In this document: one piece after another, positions 49,801 through 61,800 of the stretch | How the letters are laid out: each line of letters starts with the position of its first letter | Numbering within the stretch: the stretch's first letter is position 1 | Program-made: the position numbers and the translations under genes | Notes under the pieces: generated by a model | What the model was told of the DNA's origin: nothing | The model's input: the letters and a program-made list of their open reading frames with translations, nothing else | The model's database searches: none | Origin: Clostridia bacterium | GTDB lineage: Bacteria; Bacillota; Clostridia; Christensenellales; DTU072 | Reading direction: 5' to 3' | Assembly: GCA_045601385.1 (NCBI GenBank) | Contig: JAZRZM010000004.1 | Span: 69,351-133,350, forward strand | Length of the DNA stretch: 64,000 nucleotides

Positions 49801-52800
49801 TCTTCAACCTCGGCGGTTTCGACATTTTGCCCGAAATCGGAGCCGAAGTCTTTATCGAAGCCAACGAGATCGAAGACAGATTCGGCGTGGAAAACGACAA
49901 GGTCATCAGTTTTGCCATCGGCGTTACCGCGGCAATCGGAGAGACCTTCTACAATAACAACGATTCTTCCCTGCTTGAAAGCGGCGGACTTGCTCTGACG
50001 GTCGGTATCCGCGACTTCTTCGTCGGGTTTGAAAACTTCGAAGAATGGGGCGTCACCGACGGAACGAGTTACGTTTCGATCGACGAATTGGAACTTGTCC
50101 AGGTCAGTACCGTCCTTACCATGGGACTTACCGACGAAGAAGGTCGCTACACGCTTGCCGAACTTTTGGCAAACGTCGTCGATCTCGCGTCGTTCGGCGT
50201 GACGAAAGAAGTCTATCCCATGCTCGACTTTATGGAAGACGACAGCGCGACTTTGCTTGTCAAAGTGACCGCTCGCGTCAATCCGTCGGCATTTTTGGAT
50301 GAAAACGGCAATCTGCTCGACGACTTGCAGGCACAAATAGCGATTTCGGTTCAGACGGACGAAGGTTTGCGCGAAAATATCATCGTTTTGTCTTTCGTGC
50401 GCGGAGACGTTTATATCGATTTGAGCAAACTTAATTCTTCCCTCGGCAGAGTGAAGATAGCGTCGGTGCTTGACATCGTTTCGTCTTTGACCGGTTCTTC
50501 GGCGCAGGGCGCCGGCTTCCCGCAGGACGTAAGAGATACGCTTTTGTCCATTCAGGAAGCATTCGCCGGAGCAGAGAACGCGACGCAGGCGCTGTCGAAA
50601 GCCGAAGTCCTTAACGCCGTCATCAATCTCCGTTTCAGCGGAGCGCAAGGCTTGGGGCTGGAAGTCTTCTACGGCTCGCTGTATTGGTTCTTAAAGGCCT
50701 TTATCGACGAGAATATCGCCGACACGATGGAACTTGTCGCATACGTCAGTAATCCGTCGTTGTCTCTCGGTATCGATTATAACGTGGACGTGAAACTGAA
50801 TCTGAACGTACCGTCGACGATTTATAACGACGACGAACTGATTTTGTTGCAGCAATATATGTCGCAGGCAAAAGACTACTACGGCTATAACGGGCTCGAC
50901 GTGCTTTTGTACAACGATATTTATAAAGGGTACGAAGAAAAAACGCTGAACGCGCTTCGTGAAAAACTGACGATATCCGGATTGACTTATACTTATCCCG
51001 ACGCGTCGGTTACCTCGATCGGGTACGCGACGGAAATACTCAAAAAAGACTTCCGTCTCGACCTTATGCAAGAGGTATCGGAGTACGTGTTGATCAACTA
51101 CCCGGCGACCGACGTCATTCAGACGTATAAAGCCGCTCTCGAAAACGCTTACGACGACTTGCAAAACGTGTGGATAAGCGGCGCGAGCGGTACGGACGGA
51201 ACGGGATATTCCACATTGAAAGCCGTCCTTTTAGGTATGGCGCATGCGACGGCGACCGAAAAGCGCGCCGTATTGTACGCTCTTGTCGACTATATGCGTG
51301 CGGCGGCTTACGATATCAAAGCGTCTTCCGCCTATCTGACCGTCGCCGAGGACGTGATCGACGCATACGACGAAATGCTGTCGCGCTATATGTCGGGCGA
51401 AATGTCGGAAAACACCTATTATCAAGGCGTTTTGATCCCGCAAGTAGCCGCTTACGGCACAAAAACGACAATTACGGTATACGATGCCGTGGAAAACATC
51501 GTCCGTTCGACCGGCTTATACAAAGCGGTGGAAACGACGCCGTCGGCTGAAAAAGTCAGAGACGTCAACGGATGGCTGGATTCCGCGTTGATCGTTAACG
51601 GGCTGACGCTCCGTCAGTGGCTGACCAATTTGCAGAGCCGCTATTCCTATCTTGACGAAGACGGATGCAAAGTCGCGCTCTTCGACATGTTCGCGATCGA
51701 ACTTTACAGCAAACCGACCAAAGCGGAATACGGCGAATATGTCGACGAACTGTATTCGATGACGGACGGCAAAGACCAATATGCGATTACGGACGCGATC
51801 GTCGCTTATTACGACGACGGAAAAGGATTCCTTGCCGATTACCTCGATGAAAAATTCGATTATACGGCAAACGAACGGATCGCTTTGCAAAAACTTGCCG
51901 CGGCTTACGAACGCGGAAAAGTAATCGTTCAGGACGCTTGGCTTGTGGAAATCGGCAAAGAGACGTCTACGACGACTACCTCCGAACCGCCGATCGAAGT
52001 GCACAGCGCGAAGTACGACGAAATGATGCGGAGCCTGAAAGTAAAGGCGTGGGACGCGTACCGCGAAAGCATGGCGGAAAAGAGCGCGGACGAACGCTAT
52101 ACCGAAGGGGAAAGAAACGAAGCGAAGCGGAATTATGCGTTGAGCGAATTCGCTTACGACAACGCGCGGATTAAAGTCGGCGAAGACGACGCCGAATTGC
52201 TGAAAGAAGCGGCGTTCGATAATTTGCAGTTGTATCAATCCGATTATGCCGCCAAACTGATGGAAAGTCTTGTCGACGGCAGTACGGACGGGCTTTTGTA
52301 TACTTCCTGGTTTGAGGCGGTCGTCTATTCTTATATGGACGCGGCGACGCTTACCGCGCTTGCGGACGCAACCTTTGCGGCAAACGATCCGTATGCGATC
52401 CGTACGATTTTGCAATCGATTCCGAAATCGATTCGCGAGTACAACAAGACGGTCGGCGTTATGCTTACCGAAGTGCAGGAAGTTGCGCTTACTTATTATC
52501 TTTTGACCGATACGTCGGAAGCGTACCTGTTTATCGCGAAGAACTACTCCACGCCGATAGAAACGGGCAAACAGACCGCCGTTTCTATGTTGCAAGGCGT
52601 GATCGATCGCGTCGGAAAAGGATTTATCGATTCTCTCGGAAAAGCCATTTTGTCGGGTATCGTCGACGAAGTGAACGACGCGACGGGAACGGCTTACAGC
52701 GTGCAAAGTCTGACCGCCACCGAGGCGAACGAGGTCGTTTACGCAAAATATGTCGGATTGATCGAAAAACTGTTCGCATTGACGCGCGCGATCGACAAAG

Positions 52801-55800
52801 GCTATGACGAATGGAACATATCCGCCGAGTCGTGGGACGCGCTCGTAAAAGGCGTGGACTTCGATTCGTATGACAACTTCGACGACTTTATCGCTGCCGC
52901 CGAAGCCGCTATCGACGCCGCCGCCGACGAGAACCTCGGATACGGCGTCAGAAAATCGTCCAAAGATACGAAATACTTCCGTACCGTAATGCAAGACATA
53001 TACGATATTTATAAAGAACAGTATGCGACGATTTTGAGCGAAGGCGACGAAGAACTGAACATGCTCCTTGCCCAACTTTTCGACGGAGCCATGACAATCA
53101 ATGCGTTTGCGCAGAAATACGACAGTTCCGACGCTAATAAGCAGTTACAGACGGCAACCAATATTGCGTACCGTATCGCCGGCAGCGCGCTGGGCAGTAC
53201 GGCTTATCCGTTTACCGTCAATATGTACGTCTATCCCGCCGCGCTCGCTTTCGCGCAGACAAAACGGAATGGCGCGCAGGGTACGGCGGACGCCGTCGTA
53301 AAAGCCACGCAATATCTGAATAAAGCCGGTACGTCGGACGACTCGCCCGTGCTGGATTACTTTAATAACGATATTCTTGTATATGCGGTCGCTTATGGCG
53401 CGCTCCTTGCCGACGATCACGTTGCGGACGCGGTAAAACGGCAGGCGATCGAGTATTACAACCTGTACACGGAAGAAAAGTATACCGTCGATTCGTACAA
53501 ATTGACGGCGGACGCTTTTGACGATCTCGCTTCGAGCGACTACTTTGTCTCCGGTATGTCCACGGCGAACAAGGCGCTTGCAAAGGTCGTGGAATACCGC
53601 TATGACATTCTGGACGGCGGACTTGCTTTCAAGAATGAAGTTTATCGCAAGGCTTTTGAATTGCTGCTCCGTTACAGCGCGTCGGCAGACCGTTATGAAG
53701 AATTGCAGAACGTGCGCAATTCGGTTATTTTCGAATATCTGTACGTCAACGACGAAAAGACTCGCGTCGAGATGAAAGACACCATTACCGATGCCGCGCA
53801 AACGGTTATCGCCGGCATAATGAAAGCGATTTCGGGCGAAAAGAGTTATTATTCCGCCGACAATATCGATATTTTTATGATGTTATACGACGAGTTTGCA
53901 ACCGCAATCGGCGCGTTGTACGACAATCTGAAATATGACCTCGACGGGGCGAACGCGGTCGCTTCTTTGTTTGAAACGGTCAAAGAAAGCCTCGCGCAGA
54001 GCGTTTTTGAAATGAAGTTTACCGCCGAAGACTACGCTTTGGCGATAGACGAGGTTCTTGCCGAACGCGAACAGGGCGGCGTTATGCACGAGACGACGGG
54101 CGTATATAAAGATATAATCAATACCTTTATCGACGCGATAGAATGTATCGCCGACTATGCGGAAACGCTGGAATATTACGCCGAAAGCATGCTGGATTCT
54201 TATGCCGGCACGACCGCCGCAGACGCTCTCGTAAAAGCGGGATACGACGACTTGCTGAATTATATCCGCGGCGTGGAAGCGGCGTACAAGGGTGCGGTTG
54301 AACAGTTCGTTCTGGATAACTACCGCAGCGCGACGCACTATTCCAACAAGACGGTTAAACAACTGATCGACAACATTGCGATTCCGGACGCGAAGAGTCT
54401 TCTGAACACGCAGTGGTATAACAGCGAAGTGTACAGTATCGACAGCGGACTTCTGAAAACGGAGAGTTCGCAGACGCTGTATTATCGCAGCGGTTCGTCC
54501 GTGGGAGAGCCGAATCCGCCTACGCCCGAGGGGAGCGAGGAAATAAGCGGTACGGCAAAAGTAACGTACGTCGAGACTTATACCGTCACGATGAAAGTCA
54601 ATGTCAACGCCATCAATTATGCTTCCGTTTACGGCAGTTCTTCTTTGGCAAGTATCATCGGCGCGCAGGGCGTCAACCTGACCGGCGTCAAGACGTATAA
54701 GAAGACGACGGATACCGAACGCGTAAAAGACAAAAAGTATTACGAAAAGACGGCGAAGGAAGTCACGGCGAAACTTGTCGATCAACCGATTATGTCGGCG
54801 ATGTACGTCGTCAACCCGGGCGACGCGACGGAGTATACGCAGACAAGCGACTTGTTCTATCAGGACAGACAAGGCTATTACTATACTTTCAAAACGTCGA
54901 ATTCGACCGATATGAACAGCCTGTACGAAGTCGAGTCGCATTGGATCGAAAGCGAATATGCGAAGACGCTGACCTATCAGGACGGCAGTACGACGATGTA
55001 TTCGTATGCCTTCAAAGCGTCGGCGCAGAATGCGTCGAGCGCGTCTCAGGAGACAAGCGACAATAAGGACGAGGCTTACGCCGCAGAAGAAGCCAAGTGG
55101 AACGACTGGGTTAAGAGTATCCGCAGCGGCGTCGTGGCGGATCTGAAAGGACAATACGAAAACGACATCAATAACATCATCACTTATATCGACGGCATGA
55201 AGACCAAGTTGAACGACTACCTGAGCGGAATCACTTCGGCGGGACTCCTTGCTTCGTTCGCCGATAAGATCATTACTTCGTTGAACGGTTGGAGTTATGA
55301 AAAACCCGAGCAAAAGACGCTCGAAGTAGACGCAAGAATACCTGCCGGCGTGTACTTTGAACAAAAAACGGTCGGAGCGGACGTCTTCAAGACGTATGAA
55401 CCGACGCGCGACGCCGTCGTTTCTTCGGGAAAAATCTATTATGTAAAATCGCCCGTTTCGTACAGTTTCGGAGACGAAAACGTCAAGATGCAACCTCTCT
55501 CCGATTGGATCGATTACGAGGCGATCGGCGGCTTGTCTTTCTATAAGCAATACGAACAGATCGAACAGATGACGTATATCGCGGCGACTTCTTTGACGTC
55601 GGACAGCGGTTATAACGTCGGCGGCGATTCCGTCGTTACGGCAAAAGCCGTTTCCGGGTATCTGGCGACGTTGCTGGAAGGAAAGGCGTCGGCAATTACG
55701 CCCAAAGAGGCGCGCAGTATGCTTTACCTTGCCTATACCGATTATAAAGAAGGTACGGGCGTAAGTTGGATGAATAACAAGTTCGACATAACCGTCGGAA

Positions 55801-58800
55801 ATCAGATTATCAGAAAGAACATGAAAGAACTGTTTGACGCATTCAAACAGGAACTGTCCAATCTGACTATCGACAAGTACAGCGACAAGGGATATTCGGC
55901 GACCGATTCGGCGGCGGAAGAACTCGTCAAGTACGGATACGAAGAAGCCGCGGGTTACTCGTCGCGTTCTTTGTACGGCTTATTCCGCGATTGGTTTGAA
56001 ACAAACGGTTATGAAGAGGCTTTCCACGAAATCATCTATAACGCCGTCTATAACGTCATTTCCGCCGAAGAAGCGGCGATTCTCAACAGAGCGTTCGCAG
56101 AGACGTTCGGTTCGAGAGAATTCCGCCTCGGCGATTATACGACGTGGATGAACACGTATCGCGAAGAGGAAGGGCAACAACTGCTTGCGTACTTTGAAGA
56201 CGTCGTGGGACAACTGAACACGGTTTACAGCGGCTACGATTCGGTTGCCACGCTGACGACCGTGATGGGCGCGCAATATACCGCGTTTACGAATGCGCTT
56301 GCGTCCTTACTTGTCAACAAATACAATTCCGTTTGGGCAAGCGAAAACGCCCTCGATCCGTCGACCTCGTTTGCGGGTGTGCTCGAAGCGATCGGCGCGC
56401 TGAACGCAGGCGTCTACAAAGCCGATTCGGGGCTCGTACGGTTTGCGCAACAAATCGGCGAATTGCCGCACGAAACGGCGGCGGAATTGCGCTCGGTCTG
56501 GGCAACAGTCATTAACGATATCGAGAACGCGGTGTTCTTTGTTCCGATGACAACCGCCATGCAACAGGCGTACGACGCCGTGATCGACGCGTACTACACC
56601 TTGCTCTTTACGGCAAAACCGGACGGAGACGGCGTCGCCGACTACTACGAGGAATTTGTCGCGGGCTATCTTGCCGGGTTGGATACGGCGAAAATCGAGG
56701 GCGACAAACTCTTTGCGCAATACGCTTCCGCAAGATACGCCGAGATTAGCGCTTACATGACGGGCTCCGTGGCGCTAATGGAAGACGCCGCCGCGTTTAT
56801 GGGCTCCAAGGCTGCTTTTGACGCGCTTTCGGCAACCCAAAAGATGAGAATCCTCATCGATTTGCAAACAAGAAACGCATACGGACTGAACGGCGTGACC
56901 AACGCCGTCAAAGGGGAATTCAACGTTTATTCCACGATGACTTCGATATACGAGTATCTTATTTACCGTTCCGAAGATTATGTGTCCGCGCTTGTCTGCG
57001 AATACGATCGTTTCCTTTCGGTGAGCGGCAATGTCGCTCTCCGTACCGCCGCCGGTCTTACCGATCCGGCTTTGAGTGCGTCCGACCGTGAAAAAGCGAC
57101 CTTTATCCTCGGTATCGCGCAGTATATCGACGGACATATCGAAGACGCCGTCGTGACCGAACAGTTGCACGCATGGTACGGAGACGCCGCGCAAGCACAG
57201 GACGCGAGAACGAGCCTGTTCTATCTGCTACATTGTGTTTCCGAACCCGAAACGTATATGAACCTTGCCCTTTGGACGAGATACTTCGGTAGTGACAGAG
57301 AGTATTATACCGAAGAAAGCGTCACCGTGACGGCAAACGATCCGATTCCCGAAGAAGAGGGCGTTTGGTATGTCAAAAACGGCGATACGGGACTCGAAAC
57401 GGCGACGGGTTCGTTCAGCGGCTCGGCTTATAAGAAGTTTACGCGCGTTACGTCGTATACCGTTCTGCCCTCGACCTACTATGTCCTTTGTGATGGGTTT
57501 ATGGCGGTCGCGGCGGGTACGCCGGTTCAATCGGGAGCGTCTTATGCGACCTTTGCGCCCGTTTCGTTCGGTTTCTGCGAAGAAATTGACGGCGACGTGT
57601 ACGAACTCGCAGGCGGCGTTTATACCTTATCTATGGATAACTATGCCGACGGTAAGACCGTTTATTACCGTCTGACGCCTTCGGTACAGGGCGGATCGAA
57701 CGTCGCGGGAAGCAACGTTTACGTGAAAAAATCCTTCTTTGTCGAAGCGGACGAAGTATACTTCGCGTCTTACCGCGACGCATACTCGAAAGCGGAAAGC
57801 AAGTTTGCCGTTGTGTACAAAGTGGATAAAATCGATACGAACAGCACGGCGGAAGAGGTCGCGCGTCTTCTCAGAGATTTGACCTTTACCGACGACGGCG
57901 AAATTCTTGACGAATACGTCGGACTGCTCCGCGAGAACGCGTCCGAAGCGATGGGAACGTATCTGACCGATAAAAACGTAATTTCGCAGGCGATGTTTGC
58001 CGACTTCCTTGCCAAAGAAGAGAACGCAAAGACGGTCGCCGACCTGGGACTTTCTATCGGTATCCGCGGTCAGGATACGACGATCGGCGCGTACGACGCA
58101 AAATCGACGCCGACCGACGTAGTCACCAATCCGGACGACTTTGTCAACTTCGACGAAATGCAACTGTATCTGTCTTTCGGCGGATTTATGGAATTCGGTA
58201 TGGACGCCGGAAGAAGTAACGTCGTACCCCTTATCAACATGCTTTTCAGCGGACTGAATATGTCCGAAATCTATTTGGAATTCTTGTCCACCTCCGTGCT
58301 CGGCGGCAGTTTGCAAGCGGAATTTGCGCTCGATATGCAAAAAGCCCTCAGCGACGATTCGAACGAGGTAAAAGAATCGTTGACGGCAAGTCTGCTCATG
58401 AATTACGTATTGCTCCGTTACGATTCCACGGGCGAAGCGGGCAGATTCGAGCAGGCGATTATTTCCATCTATATCAGCGGCGGTTATGTATACGCCGGCG
58501 TCGAAATCTTCGATACCAATCTGAAAATCGCGCTCGAACTGGACGTCGTATCCCTCGTCCGCTCTTTGCTCGGACTTGCGCCGAGTGAAAGCGACAACGC
58601 CGCTGCGATCGAAAAGATCGTCGAAGTATTCGGTTCGGGAAGTAAACTGAACCCCTTTGCGCAACTTGCCGACGCCGCTTTGACGGGGAACCGGGCGGAA
58701 GGTTTGCAGGCGATACTCAGAATGAGCAGTTCGGAAGCGAGCCTCATTTTGTCGGTGGATATTCTGCTCGAAGCGATGCGCGTTATCGTCAAACTGATCC

Positions 58801-61800
58801 GCGGTACCGACGATCCTTCCGAATCGACCACCGTCGCGTTTGTCAATTCCGATAACTTCGTCGACTTTGTCAACATGGTCTTTACGCAAGGCGATCTGAC
58901 GATCGAATACGGCAACGACTTCGGCTTGCTTCTTAATATCGATAACAATAAGAAACTGGGCGGAACGGGCGACAACCTCGCTTATTCGTTTACGTTCGGC
59001 TTATTGAACGATACCAAGTTCTCGATGGGATCGGCAAACGATCAAAGAGAGGACTTCTTCGACGTCTTTACTCGGAATATCGGCGAAAAAGAAGGACAAG
59101 GCTTCTTCGACGACTATTACCGCTCTTCGTTCAGCGTCCGCGACCTTATCAACGGCAACGTGCCCGAGAACTACGGCGTTTCGGAAATGCTGACCGACGT
59201 CCTCGGTACCCGTCTGCAAGTCAACCTTTCTCTTACGATGTCGAGCGAAGTATTGAAGACGGTCATCGATTGGAGCCGTCTGTTCGACGCGATGAAGACG
59301 GAAGGCGTGGAAGCGTACTTCTTTATGAAGATGATGGATAACGCGTCGGGCGACATTCGTCTGGAAATCAGCGCCGATATCGATATCAGCGATATTTATT
59401 TCGACGTCAGATTGAGCGGTTATAACAGCGACAACGTCAATATCTTTAACATTTACGAAATGAGCGGTTACTTGAACACCGACGAAGCGCAACAGATGAA
59501 CCCGGTCTTCTACTTCGATATGGGCGAAGTCGGCGACGAAAAGTACTACGTCGACGGGACGCAATTCTATGAATTCCTCGACGTCAACGTCATTTACGTA
59601 TTTTTGAGCCTGTTCGGCAGTACGACCGCCACCAACTACGATAACTATATCAAGCGGTTGATGAACGTAGACAGTTCCAATGCGAGCGGCATCATGGGCA
59701 GCGACTCGGCGACCGACATATCGGAAATCGACTTCGGCAAGGTGTTCGACAGTCTTGCGATCGGCGAAAAAACGCTCGGTATCCGTCTCAGTTCCGCCGC
59801 GGTCAATACGATCATCGAATTGCTTGACAGCGACTGGACGTTCTGCGATATCGGTAATATCGCGGTAGACATCGACTTTGTCGATAACTCGATCGCCCTT
59901 ACTTTCCCGCTCGACGTCGCCGTACAGGACGAAGACGGCAATACGCTCAGCGACAGTAAGGTGTCCTACGGTATGAAGATCGGCGGACTCGATATACACA
60001 TCGGCGAAGCGGTGGACTTCCTCGGTGACGGACAGAGTATTCAAAAGAAGTTCCGCGGTTACGAAGAGATCACGGATTATGTCTGGATATCCGAAGTCAA
60101 CAGCCGTTTTGTCATTAACGACGACTTCAATACCCTCATCGATCTTTCCAACGTGACCAGCGGTCTTGTCGAAGGGTTTGAAATGCAACTGCAAAGCAAC
60201 GAAGATCAACTCGACCTCGAACTTGACTTCGTACTGCGTACCGAAGTGAACTTCTCCGACTTGTCGGCGCTTTCGCTCGAACTGCTTATCAAGAGCAAAG
60301 CGGGCAACGTAATTCTCGGTATAACGTTCGAGGGCGCGTACAACGACGGTACGATTTATCTCGATCTGAGCGGTCTCGGCTATCCGCAGGTGTACCTGTC
60401 GAATATCGATCTCGGACACTATCTGAAAAACATGCTCGGCGGTATTCTGAACGGGCTGACGACGGGATCGGACGACGAAGCGTCAAGCGGCGCGTTCAAC
60501 GCAAGCGGCTCTACCGACAATCCGATCGGCGCGGACGCGCAAAAGGCGTATCAATACAATTCGATCAAGGACGCCGACTTTACCGCCAACGTTTTGTTCC
60601 TGCTTTATACGCAAGATATTTTCAACGTGGCGATAACCGGTTCGCTTATCTATACGCTACTCGATTACGTCATCGAAGTCCCCACGTTCGCCCCCGAATT
60701 CGCAAGTCTCGAAATCGGTTATGAAAAGGACGAAATCTCCGGTATTCGTATCGTTATCGACGATCATAAACAGTTTAATCTGAATTACAGTTTCCGTAAG
60801 AGTTTCTCGTATATGGCGCCGATTTCGAAAATCAAGACGAACAGCAACACCGAATACGACGACGCGCGCACGCACAGTATCAGTTACTCTTCGGACAAGA
60901 AGACGTACTTTGCCGGATTTACCGCAATCGACAATATCAAGAACGTCTTCCTCGGACTCAATCTCGAAGTCATCATCAACACGATGGACGACGAAGGACA
61001 TAAGAGCGACGTTATCGTCGGATTTGAAAACATGCTTGAAGAAATGCTCGGCATGGCGGAAGGTTCGGTCGATTTGCAATGCCAGGATACCTATATGAAA
61101 CTGGACGTTTCGTTGCAGGTAGCCATCGATTTGAGAGACTTTACGAAGTCGGTCATTCTGATCGACATCATGTATCAGGACGAGACGTTCCTCGGCGTAT
61201 ATTACGTTGACGGCGGCACCTATATCGATCTCGGCGCGCTCGGGCTGTTCCGCGCGAACGCAAACGGCGTCAACCTCGGCGCGTTCCTGAACGGCATGGT
61301 GGGCGACGCACTCGGCGGCATGGGCATTACGCTCGACGGCGAAAAAGGTCTGGACGTACGCGGACTTGTTCAGGATATTCTGAGTCTTACCGCCGAAAGC
61401 CCGACCGAAACGCAGACGAAAACGGAGGAGCCCGACAAGACGAACGTTCTGCTCCTTGCCGAACGCGACCGTCTGATCGCGCAGTATACCGCCAACGCGC
61501 AGAACGGCATGTATGACGACCTCGACGCAAACGAAGAAAACCTGTTCAAAGAAGAGGTTCGCGTCGCGTTGGAAGCGTTGAGCGCCGCTTATCCGGGTGA
61601 AATGACAAACGAGATGTACGCAAGCACGCAAAAAGCCGTATATGCGGCGGCGGGCGTGCGGAACGAAGCGCAACTTGTCGAAGAGAAGACGCCCGCGGCG
61701 ATTCGCCTTAACCTCCTTCTTTATAACGACTCGGTCACGATTTCTCCCGAACTCGCCGGAATAGGCGACCTCCTCGGCATGAATCTGCCCGAACTGAATT

